A stretch of DNA of 64,000 bases, from NCBI GenBank assembly GCA_024281215.1, contig JAMJTX010000134.1, positions 1,569 to 65,568 of the forward strand. Direction: 5' to 3'. The stretch is from Candidatus Thiovulum karukerense. Lineage in GTDB: Bacteria; Campylobacterota; Campylobacteria; Campylobacterales; Thiovulaceae. Made by a program: the position numbers and the translations under genes. Every line of letters starts with the position of its first letter. Within the stretch, counting starts at the first letter, position 1. The notes below the pieces were generated by a model. It had not been told where the DNA came from and made no database searches. It saw nothing but the letters and a program-made list of their open reading frames with translations. This document shows, piece by piece, positions 18,770 through 28,791 of the stretch.

Positions 18770-20728
18770 CTACTTGCCCTTTTTCTCCTCTTTCAGCTCC
18801 TCAACCTCATCTTCAAAGATATGCTGTTGTCTTAAACTGATACCTTTCATATGTGAAATTGGGAATGCAAAAGCGATACCATCACCATGAGTTGTAATAT
18901 GGAGTCGGTGAATGACAGAGTGAAGAACTTTCTCAACAAGTCTCTCTGGAAGAATAAATAGAAGAATCGCATCATCTGCTTCATGAGGCATTCGATAGAA
19001 GTTATTCATCTCCATAAGACCAAGACCTTGACCGTCAAGAATTGTCACACCAGTTGCTCCACCATCTTTTGCAGCATGAATTGCATCTTCTTTCTTATCT
19101 TTAGGGATAATAACCACAACAGCACTAAATGCTAAATTCATAAGCAGTTGCTCTCCATCTATATTAATTGTTGGTAGGCTTGTATCATTAAAGTCCTCTT
19201 GATAGCTATCAGCTTTAGCCTGTCCTTCGTCCTCTTTCTCAATATCACTATCTGTTCGAGCATCAAGTTTTTCAGAGATTATTCCATAAACCATAACTGT
19301 AATCATTGGGAATAGAGAAGCAAAAGCGATAAGACCAAATCCATCAATCAGTGGGCTTCGTCCATCGATATTTGAAGCTAAACCGATACCGAGAGCAGCA
19401 ACAAGAGGAACTGTTACAGTTGAAGTTGTAACACCTCCACTATCATAAGCAATAGGGATAATATATTTTGGAGCTAAGAATGTTAGAGCAATAACAATCA
19501 TATATCCAACAATAATATAGTAGTGAAGGTGACCACCATCAACAATTCTGAATGCACCAAGTGCTATACCGATTGCAACTCCAAGAGCAACAAAGACCCT
19601 TAGCCAGAAGTCATTAATCTTTCCATCAGATATCTCTCTTGATTTCTTTGCAATCGCCATAAGAGCTGGTTCTGCCATTGTTGTAGAGAAACCGATAGCA
19701 AATGCAAATGTATAGATAAGAATTGTTTGACCTGTGTGAGTTAGCTGATATGCCATTGTCTCACCAAGTGAGAATAGACCAAGCTCTAACCCTAAGATAA
19801 AGGCATAGAGACCAATGATAACAAATATAAATCCAAAGATTACACTCTTAATATTGTGAATATTTTTCTTAATCACACCATATTGGAAGAATAGGATAAT
19901 TGCTAAAATAGGGATAATGTCTTTAACAACATTCAAGATACCATTAACAACAGTAGCTGTATCAAGTTGTAGAGCCTGTGATGCTTTAGCTTCGATAACA
20001 ACCTGTGCAACCTCTTTTGCTTCAACAAAGTTATATACAAATACACCATAAATCTGAACAAAAATCATAGGTGTTAGAGAAGCAAAAGCAATAAGACCAA
20101 ATCCATCAATAACAGGGTTTCGCCCTTTTATCGTTGAGGCAAGACCAATACCCAGAGCAGCAACCAATGGAACTGTTACGGTTGAAGTTGTGACACCTCC
20201 AAGGTCATAAGCTAAACCAACAATCTCATTAGGTGCAGCAAATGTTACAGATACAACTAATACATATCCAGCGATAATATAGTAGTGGATAGGGTGTCCC
20301 TTGATAATTCGGAAGACACCAAGAAGAATAGCAAAACCAACTGAACCAGCAACAACAAATCTAAGTGTACTGGCATCTATTCTACCGCTACTGATTGCCG
20401 CTGCCTTTTCGGCAATAACAACAAGAGCAGGTTCTGCAATCGTTGTACCAAAACCGATCATAAATCCAAAAAGAAGAGTCCAGTAGTTTGAGTTTTTAGT
20501 AGCAAACTCCTGTGCTAAGTTCTCCCCAACTGGAAATATGCCGACCTCGAGTCCCTGAAGAAAGATTGCAAGACCAAATCCTACAATCACTAAACCAATA
20601 GCTGTTGATACCCAACCCTCTGGAACAACTTGAATAATTGCAAGTTGAAAGAATAGAATAACAACAACAATAGGTAGCAAGTCTCTAAAAGACTCTCTAA
20701 GTAGTTTTAAAAAAAAGCTAAAATCCAC
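18770..20728 (-). CDS. Tandem DUF1538 membrane domains fused to a PII-like domain
   Basis: Two copies of GFxTTxAEPAL and AYD.GGVTTSTVTVP..DGFGLIAFASL. C-terminal AKDGGATGVTILDGQG...GDGIAF. Confidence 0.85.
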   Translation of the reverse strand: MDFSFFLKLLRESFRDLLPIVVVILFFQLAIIQVVPEGWVSTAIGLVIVGFGLAIFLQGLEVGIFPVGENLAQEFATKNSNYWTLLFGFMIGFGTTIAEPALVVIAEKAAAISSGRIDASTLRFVVAGSVGFAILLGVFRIIKGHPIHYYIIAGYVLVVSVTFAAPNEIVGLAYDLGGVTTSTVTVPLVAALGIGLASTIKGRNPVIDGFGLIAFASLTPMIFVQIYGVFVYNFVEAKEVAQVVIEAKASQALQLDTATVVNGILNVVKDIIPILAIILFFQYGVIKKNIHNIKSVIFGFIFVIIGLYAFILGLELGLFSLGETMAYQLTHTGQTILIYTFAFAIGFSTTMAEPALMAIAKKSREISDGKINDFWLRVFVALGVAIGIALGAFRIVDGGHLHYYIIVGYMIVIALTFLAPKYIIPIAYDSGGVTTSTVTVPLVAALGIGLASNIDGRSPLIDGFGLIAFASLFPMITVMVYGIISEKLDARTDSDIEKEDEGQAKADSYQEDFNDTSLPTINIDGEQLLMNLAFSAVVVIIPKDKKEDAIHAAKDGGATGVTILDGQGLGLMEMNNFYRMPHEADDAILLFILPERLVEKVLHSVIHRLHITTHGDGIAFAFPISHMKGISLRQQHIFEDEVEELKEEKKGK

Positions 20729-20959
20729 TTATATCCCTTATGCTAAAAATTTCTCAAATGATATTAGATTTTGTTCTATTAACCAAGAATTGCAGAGATT
20801 ATAAAAAATAAGTGTGTAGGAATGACCTTTATAACAAGGTCATTCAAAAGTGAAGTCTCTTGGATTCATATGATAAGCGAATAATCAAAGTAAATGTATG
20901 ATTTTTAAGCACTGAATCAGTAACATGCTTTGTAATTTGTTCAAATCAAGGAATGTAGT

Positions 20960-22297
20960 TTGAAAATTGAGATTATCAAATCACAAAAACCAAAAACACT
21001 AAAAATATACTTTGTAAAAAAACTGGAGAGAGACTCCCTTTTTCTACCAGAGTCAAAAAAGTTATATATCAAAATTGAGAATAGTGATAGCGAAAGCTAC
21101 CGGTTAGCTGGTGGAAAGGCTATGAAAATTCTTGAGAATGAGGATTTCAAATCCGCTGTTGTTGAGTCATCAAAAGGGATTCAATATATCATAGAGGGAA
21201 TGCTTCTTGGCAGTTATAGATTTACAAAATATAAGAGTAAGCCAAAGAAATTCCCACTTGAACGACTCTTTATTCGAGCTGAATATGGGGTAGAAGATGC
21301 TATTAAACGAGCAACTACCATTGCAGAAGCTACGAACTTTACAAAAGATATTATCAACTCAATGCCAAATGAGATGACTCCTCAAAATGTATCTAAAGTG
21401 GCTGAAGAACTAGCCAAAGCTAATAATCTTGAATTCTCAGCTCTTCAAGTTAAAGATATGGAGAGAGAGAGAATGGAGGCATTTCTTGCCGTTGGTCGAG
21501 CAAGTTCTAACCCTCCAACTCTTGTTAAATTGGCATATCGACCAGCAAATTCAAAAAAGAGAGTTCTTCTTATTGGAAAAGGCTTGACTTATGATAGTGG
21601 TGGTCTTAGCCTAAAACCTGCAACAGCTATGACAACAATGAAATCTGATAAGAGTGGTGCTTCAGCAGTTATCGGTATTATGAAAGCTATTTCAGAATTA
21701 AAACTAGATGTTGAAGTGGTTGGGTTCTTAGGTCTTGCAGAAAATATGGTTGGTGGAAATGCCTATAAACCTGATGATATTCTCAGAGCTAAAAATGGGA
21801 AAACTATCGAGGTTAAAAATACTGATGCAGAGGGTCGTCTAGTCCTTGCTGATACTCTTGTTTATGCTCAAGAGAGTGAGCCAGAGTTTGACTACATTAT
21901 AGACATAGCAACTTTAACTGGTGCTGCTGTTATCTCTGTTGGTGAATTTACAACCCTTGCAATGGGACATAATGATAAGCTGAAAGAGAAGATGTTAAAA
22001 GCAGGTGAGAAGAGTGGTGAGCTTGTAACAACTCTACCGTTTAATAGATACTTAAAAGAGTTGATTGAAAGTAAAGTTGCTGACATCTCAAATACTGGTG
22101 CAACTCGATATGGTGGCTCATTGACTGCTGGACTCTTTTTAAGCGAGTTTATCAAAGAGGAGAATCACAATAAGTGGTTACACCTTGATATTGCAGGACC
22201 TGCTTATGTCGAGAGAGAGTGGGGATATAACCAGTTTGGTGCAAGTGGTGCAGGTGTCAGAATGGTGACTGAATTTATTGAGAGGTTAGGAAAATAG
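20960..22297 (+). CDS. pepA: Leucyl aminopeptidase (M17)
   Basis: GKGLTYDSGG, MKSDKSG, NTDAEGRL, HLDIAG. Confidence 0.95.
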   Translation: MKIEIIKSQKPKTLKIYFVKKLERDSLFLPESKKLYIKIENSDSESYRLAGGKAMKILENEDFKSAVVESSKGIQYIIEGMLLGSYRFTKYKSKPKKFPLERLFIRAEYGVEDAIKRATTIAEATNFTKDIINSMPNEMTPQNVSKVAEELAKANNLEFSALQVKDMERERMEAFLAVGRASSNPPTLVKLAYRPANSKKRVLLIGKGLTYDSGGLSLKPATAMTTMKSDKSGASAVIGIMKAISELKLDVEVVGFLGLAENMVGGNAYKPDDILRAKNGKTIEVKNTDAEGRLVLADTLVYAQESEPEFDYIIDIATLTGAAVISVGEFTTLAMGHNDKLKEKMLKAGEKSGELVTTLPFNRYLKELIESKVADISNTGATRYGGSLTAGLFLSEFIKEENHNKWLHLDIAGPAYVEREWGYNQFGASGAGVRMVTEFIERLGK

Positions 22298-22300
22298 ATT

Positions 22301-23418
<1,118 letters not shown>

Positions 23419-23537
23419 AAGTCTATTAATTTCTTTCACAATGTAGGGCGGAAGTTCCGTCCTCAAATCTAACTTTCTGAGTTTCGGTAAAATAACTTTT
23501 CAATCCTATTCTAGTACATCTCACTTTAAGGATCACC

Positions 23538-25247
23538 TTGTTAAATGTCTTAAAATATTTCTTACCATACCTCAAAGGGTATAAGAGAGAGTTTATATTT
23601 GTCATCTTTGGAATTATTGCAACAGCAGTAGCTACTGTCTTTACTGCTCATATTATTAAACCTATATTAGATGATATATTTATCGCCAAAGATGAAGATA
23701 TGCTCCATATCATTCCTCTATTTTTAGTCTTGATATATCTTATTAAAAGTGTAGGTAGATACTTTCAAGCCTATTTTACAGTGAAGATTGGTGAGTCAAT
23801 TGTTATGAGATTACGAAATGAGATGTTAGAGAAGATTCTATATTTTGATATGCAATATATTAACTCAATTAGAAGTGGAGAGTTGATAAGCCGGATTAAT
23901 GGTGATATTATGAGGGTTAGGTATATTGTCTCTGAGATGTTACCTGAACTATCTCGTGAAGTTGTTACAATCCTCGGACTTGTAGGGTATGTGATTTATC
24001 AAAATCCACTTTTAGCATTCTATACTCTTGTTATTCTTCCTGTTACATTTTACCCGCTCTCTATCTTGGCAAAAAAGATGAAATCTACATCAAAAGATTC
24101 TCAAGAGAAGAGTGCTGACCTTGTCTCAAAACTTAGCGAACTCTTTAATAGTATCGAGATTATTAAAGCAAACTCAACTGAAAAAGTGGAACTCGAGAGT
24201 TTTAAAAAAGAGAATCGAAGTCTATTCTTTATAACAATGAGAGGAACTAAGATTTTTAACTTTGTAAGTCCAATGATGGAGACATACAGCTCTCTATCTA
24301 TCGCTTTAGTTATTATCTTTGGGGGTCGAGCAGTTATCGATGGAGATATGAGTGTTGGTAGCTTTTTCGCTTTTTTAACAGCTGTTGGACTACTCTTTGA
24401 TCCAATCAAAAAGGTATCAGCAATCTTTAACAAAATGCAAGATGGAGTCTCTGCAACAGAACGAATTATTCAACTGCTAAGTGTGGAGCGAAAAATTATT
24501 GATGGAGATATTCAGGTTGAAAAGATAGAGAGATTAGAGTTTAAGGGGGTTTCATTCTCATTTGGAGATAAAAAGATAGTTGAAAATATCAATTTTCAAA
24601 TTCATCGAGGGGAGAGTATTGCACTTGTTGGAGATAGTGGAGGTGGTAAAAGTACCCTATTAAATCTCCTTTTGCGATTCTACGATCGAGAAAGTGGAAC
24701 AATAACTATAAATAGCCATAAAATTGAAGATTTAAAACTCGAGAGCTTTAGGAGAGAGATTGCAACAGTCTCACAGAGAGTCTATATCTTTAATGACTCC
24801 ATTCTTAACAATGTTGCTTATGGGGATAAGGTAGATCGTGATAGAGTAATAGAGGCTCTTAAGATAGCAGAAGCACTTGACTTTGTCGAAAAGATGGATA
24901 GAGGTGTAGATACAGAATTACAAGAGTTTGGGGCTAATCTTTCGGGAGGACAGAGACAGAGGATAGCTTTAGCACGGGCGATATATCGAAACTCATCTAT
25001 TTTAATTCTTGATGAGGCAACATCTGCACTTGATAATAGAGTTGAGATGAAAATTTTAGAGAACCTAAAACAGCATATCAAAGACAAGATAGTTATTACA
25101 GTTGCCCATAGGTTATCAACAGTGAGAGATGTTGATAGAATTCTATTAGTCTCAAATGGGCATATAGTAGCTGATGGGACTCATACAGATCTTCTTAAGT
25201 TTTCAGATGAGTATAAGAGACTAAATGGCAGTTTTGAGAGTGAGTAG
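23538..25247 (+). CDS. msbA: MsbA-like ABC exporter (TMD+NBD)
   Basis: Six-TM N-terminus, GDSGGGKST, LSGGQRQR, LDEATSALD. Confidence 0.75.
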   Translation: MLNVLKYFLPYLKGYKREFIFVIFGIIATAVATVFTAHIIKPILDDIFIAKDEDMLHIIPLFLVLIYLIKSVGRYFQAYFTVKIGESIVMRLRNEMLEKILYFDMQYINSIRSGELISRINGDIMRVRYIVSEMLPELSREVVTILGLVGYVIYQNPLLAFYTLVILPVTFYPLSILAKKMKSTSKDSQEKSADLVSKLSELFNSIEIIKANSTEKVELESFKKENRSLFFITMRGTKIFNFVSPMMETYSSLSIALVIIFGGRAVIDGDMSVGSFFAFLTAVGLLFDPIKKVSAIFNKMQDGVSATERIIQLLSVERKIIDGDIQVEKIERLEFKGVSFSFGDKKIVENINFQIHRGESIALVGDSGGGKSTLLNLLLRFYDRESGTITINSHKIEDLKLESFRREIATVSQRVYIFNDSILNNVAYGDKVDRDRVIEALKIAEALDFVEKMDRGVDTELQEFGANLSGGQRQRIALARAIYRNSSILILDEATSALDNRVEMKILENLKQHIKDKIVITVAHRLSTVRDVDRILLVSNGHIVADGTHTDLLKFSDEYKRLNGSFESE

Positions 25248-25250
25248 ATA

Positions 25251-25332
25251 GAGGTATTCGGGTCAAGCTCGAAAACAAAGTTGTTACAATATGACAAAAT
25301 AGTCTTATTGCCGTGCTTAACACGGTAACCTC
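25251..25332. repeat. REP-like palindromic intergenic repeat, copy A
   Basis: Shares GGTCAAGCTCGAA..TATGACAAAA.AGT.TTATTG.CGTGCTT with 34424-34493. Terminal GAGGT/ACCTC. Confidence 0.7.
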
Positions 25333-25371
25333 GTATGGATTCACTCACTCCCACATCATAAATAATCTCTT

Positions 25372-26655
25372 TTAAAGTTCTGACATAACTTTGTCAGCAA
25401 CTCTGATTGTCTCTTCAATCATCTCATCAGTTGTTGCTGTTGAGATAAATCCAGCCTCAAATTGAGAACAGGCGAGGTATACACCATTCTCTAGCATCTT
25501 TCCGTGGAATTTAGCAAATCTATCTGTATCAGACTTTAGAGCATCATCAAAATTTTTGACTCCATTCTCATTAAAGAAGAATCCAAACATTGAACCTCTG
25601 TAATCAGTCTGAAGAGGAATATTATATTTTCTAGCAACTTCGCTAAAGCCATCCATCAATCTCTTTGCACGAGCTTGTAGAGTTTTATAGATAGCTCCAT
25701 TTTTAAGAAGAATATCAAGCATCGCATTTCCTGCACTCATAGCGATAGGGTTTCCTGAGAGAGTTCCAGCCTGATATACTCCACCATTTGGTGAAAGGTG
25801 ATTCATAATATCCTCTCGACCACCAAAAGCACCAACAGGCATTCCACCCCCGATAACTTTTCCAAAGGTAATCATATCTGGAACAACTCCAACAACTCCT
25901 TGAGAACCTGTTAAACTAGCTCGGAAGCCACTCATAACCTCATCAAAAATAAGTAAAGCCCCATTTTGATGACAAAGTTCTTTCAGTTCAATAAGAAACT
26001 CTTTATCAGCAGGAACAAGTCCCATATTTCCAGCTATTGGCTCAATAATTACACAAGCGATATTATCACTCTCTTCAAAAGCCTTTTTTACACTCTCGAT
26101 AGAGTTGTATTTAACCAGAAGAGTATGGTCTGTAAAATCTTTTGGAACACCTGATGAACTAGGCTTCCCAAATGTTGTTGCACCACTTCCCGCTTGAACA
26201 AGGAGTGAGTCAGAGTGTCCGTGATAGTTCCCCTCAAATTTAACAATATTATCTTTTCCAGTAAATCCTCTAGCCAGTCGAATAGCACTCATAACAGCTT
26301 CAGTTCCAGAGCTAACAAATCGAACCATATCGATACCATCAAATAGATTAACAATCTTCTCTGCTAACTCTGTTTCAGCTAGAGTTGGAGCACCAAAAGA
26401 TAATCCTCTATCAACTGCACTCTTTACAGCATTCTGAATTCTCTCATCACTATGTCCAAGAATTAGAGGTCCCCAACTCTGAACATAATCGATATATCTA
26501 TTTCCATCAATGTCGATGAGGTATCCACCCTCACCCCGCTCAATAAACGGAGGAGTTCCACCAACACTATTAAATGCTCGAACAGGTGAATTTACACCCC
26601 CAACAATATACTTTTTTGCATCTTCAAAAGCTTCAACACTCTTCTCTATATTCAA
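25372..26655 (-). CDS. hemL: Glutamate-1-semialdehyde 2,1-aminomutase
   Basis: [38 protein letters not shown]. Confidence 0.98.
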   Translation of the reverse strand: MNIEKSVEAFEDAKKYIVGGVNSPVRAFNSVGGTPPFIERGEGGYLIDIDGNRYIDYVQSWGPLILGHSDERIQNAVKSAVDRGLSFGAPTLAETELAEKIVNLFDGIDMVRFVSSGTEAVMSAIRLARGFTGKDNIVKFEGNYHGHSDSLLVQAGSGATTFGKPSSSGVPKDFTDHTLLVKYNSIESVKKAFEESDNIACVIIEPIAGNMGLVPADKEFLIELKELCHQNGALLIFDEVMSGFRASLTGSQGVVGVVPDMITFGKVIGGGMPVGAFGGREDIMNHLSPNGGVYQAGTLSGNPIAMSAGNAMLDILLKNGAIYKTLQARAKRLMDGFSEVARKYNIPLQTDYRGSMFGFFFNENGVKNFDDALKSDTDRFAKFHGKMLENGVYLACSQFEAGFISTATTDEMIEETIRVADKVMSEL

Positions 26656-26664
26656 CTTCTCTCC

Positions 26665-27798
26665 TTAACTCTCAATAATATGTTTAACAAACTCTGTAAA
26701 TATGTAGTTACTCTCGTGTGGTCCTGGACTCGCTTCAGGGTGGTGCTGAACTGAGAAGATAGGTCTATCTTTGTAGATTAAACCTTCAATCGTATCATCA
26801 AAAAGATTTTTATGAGTAACATCTGCAATTTCAACAATATTGTCAGGAACAGAGTAGTTATGGTTTTGAGAAGTGATCTCAACTGCACCTGTCTTTAAAT
26901 TTTTAACAGGGTGATTTCCACCGTGGTGTCCAAACTTAAGTTTCTCTGTTCTATATCCATTTGCAATAGATAGAAGTTGATGACCTAAACATATTCCAAA
27001 CATTGGAATATCTGCCTTAACTAATTTCTCAATCATCTCTGCCTCATTTGTCAGAACAAGAGGATCACCAGGACCATTTGAGAGGAATACACCTTTAATC
27101 TCACCAGAGCTATATTTCTGGAGAATGTACTCTACATCAATAGTGTTCGGAACAACTTCAACCTCTACTCCAGCCGTAACAAGTTCATTGAGGATATTTC
27201 TCTTGACTCCGAAATCGACAGCAATAATCTTTGCTTTCGGTTTATTTGGAACTTTATAATCAAACTTGGATATATCATAGTTGCCAAACTGATGAATATA
27301 GCTCTCTTTTGTTGAGACCTCGTCAATATAGTTAATATCCTCTATTCTTGGTGAGTTTTGTAGAATAGCTTTGAGCTTATCCTCTGTATGAAACTCAGTT
27401 GAAGCTACCATCATCATTGCACCATCTTTCCGAAGAGTCTTTGTTATGAATCGTGTATCAATCTCAGCAATTCCCATAACACCTTGCTCTTTCAGAAACT
27501 TACTTAGACTCTGCTCACCTCGAAAATTAGAGTATCTCTCATTATAACTTCTTACAAAAATTCCTTTAGAGAATGATTTTGCACTCTCCATATCTTGAAG
27601 ATTTGTCCCAACATTTCCTATCTCTGATGTTGTAAATGTTATAAACTGACCAGCATAACTTGGATCAGAGATAATCTCTTGATAACCTGTTAGAGATGTA
27701 TTAAAAACTATCTCACCAACTGAAGTTCCATCAGCTCCAAAGCTTTCACCCTCAAAAAAGAGTCCATTCTCTAAATATATTGAAACTCTATTCTCCAT
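26665..27798 (-). CDS. carA: Carbamoyl-phosphate synthase small subunit
   Basis: GYQE.ISDPSY, SNGPGDP, GICLGHQ, HPEASPGP. Confidence 0.98.
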   Translation of the reverse strand: MENRVSIYLENGLFFEGESFGADGTSVGEIVFNTSLTGYQEIISDPSYAGQFITFTTSEIGNVGTNLQDMESAKSFSKGIFVRSYNERYSNFRGEQSLSKFLKEQGVMGIAEIDTRFITKTLRKDGAMMMVASTEFHTEDKLKAILQNSPRIEDINYIDEVSTKESYIHQFGNYDISKFDYKVPNKPKAKIIAVDFGVKRNILNELVTAGVEVEVVPNTIDVEYILQKYSSGEIKGVFLSNGPGDPLVLTNEAEMIEKLVKADIPMFGICLGHQLLSIANGYRTEKLKFGHHGGNHPVKNLKTGAVEITSQNHNYSVPDNIVEIADVTHKNLFDDTIEGLIYKDRPIFSVQHHPEASPGPHESNYIFTEFVKHIIES

Positions 27799-28349
27799 TA
27801 CATATTTCCCTTTGCTCTTAATTCATTCTCATATAGTTTTTGGAAAACAATCTGATACTCATCTGTACCAGGAATTAGTTTTCGTTTATAACTCTTGATT
27901 CGTTCTAAAACTCTATCTTCAACATTAAATCTATCATCTATGTAGTTTTCAATTGAGTCAAATATTAGACCTTTAACCTTTATCTCACTAACCTTAAACT
28001 CTATTAATTTACGAGCAATAAGCCCTTTCAATACCTGATAAGAGAGATGATTAAATCGATCTTCGTGAGAGATAAGAAAGTTATATTGTGGAGCAAGTTT
28101 CTTTTTAACCATTCTAAAAAGCTCTTTTTCATCAGCAAAGTTATACTCAATCTCAGCTTCATGCTCCTCCAACATCTCTCGAACTCGCTCTTCAAGAGCA
28201 TTCTCATTTTTTAGATCTGCTAACACAATCTCTTCAGTGGTCTCTATAACAGCATCAAGTCCTTTTGTCAGTTTGACAAAAGAGCTATTACTTAAATCTA
28301 TCGCCACCCTATTTGCAATATATCTACTGTGAGAAACCCCTATCTTCAA
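27798..28349 (-). CDS. DUF507 family protein
   Basis: LFRMVKKKLA and KLIPGTDEY..VF.KLYE motifs. Sits upstream of carA as in other Campylobacterota. Confidence 0.8.
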   Translation of the reverse strand: MKIGVSHSRYIANRVAIDLSNSSFVKLTKGLDAVIETTEEIVLADLKNENALEERVREMLEEHEAEIEYNFADEKELFRMVKKKLAPQYNFLISHEDRFNHLSYQVLKGLIARKLIEFKVSEIKVKGLIFDSIENYIDDRFNVEDRVLERIKSYKRKLIPGTDEYQIVFQKLYENELRAKGNM

Positions 28350-28565
28350 ATCAAATCCTCTATATCTTTTTCAATCAAGAATTATATAGTAAGAGTTTTT
28401 AATCGCAACCCTTGATTTTGAGAAGAGATATCAGGAGGTCTTTTTAGGTTCTTAATAATGCTTATATTCACACTAGTAAATTATTTTTTAACAAAAGAGA
28501 GGGGTTATATACTCCTGTACCTACCTCTATACTCTCCTTAACGGAATAAGATAGAATTGGTTTAG

Positions 28566-28777
28566 CAACTGTGTCGTAAAGCCTCGCCATTTGACGGGGA
28601 TATAAGGCACAAATTTTCTGTATAATTATAGACAAGATACCGTGGAAAGCACGGAAATTACACCTAGAATATATGAAATCTGTAGGGAAAGAGTTGTCTA
28701 TCAAATAAAAACCAAATCTTCTTCTATGAGCAGATTCAGGGCTAGGAAGCTTCGTCGTTCATGGCTGGGTACTTCAT
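28566..28777 (+). mobile_element. Non-autonomous IS200/IS605-family mini-element (decayed) with omegaRNA-like interior
   Basis: Left end CGTAAAGCC..GGGGATATA.GGC is shared with the element at 45287-45534. Right end GAAG-hairpin-TACTTCAT. No ORF. Confidence 0.65.
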
Positions 28778-28791
28778 AAATAAAGGTAAAT

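Noticed and set aside
23443..23463. GTAG-type REP hairpins here and at about 20816-20845
   Set aside because: The stems share no sequence and no RAYT gene is present. Ordinary terminator-like hairpins suffice.
28355..28440. Imperfect inverted repeat as an attenuator of DUF507-carA
   Set aside because: A minus-strand TATAAT lies between the arms, so the transcript probably lacks one arm. Pairing is weak.
28468..28704. 78-aa ORF, or an RNase P/tmRNA-type gene, in this intergenic region
   Set aside because: No hallmark motifs of those RNAs. The region is better explained by the IS200/IS605 mini-element.
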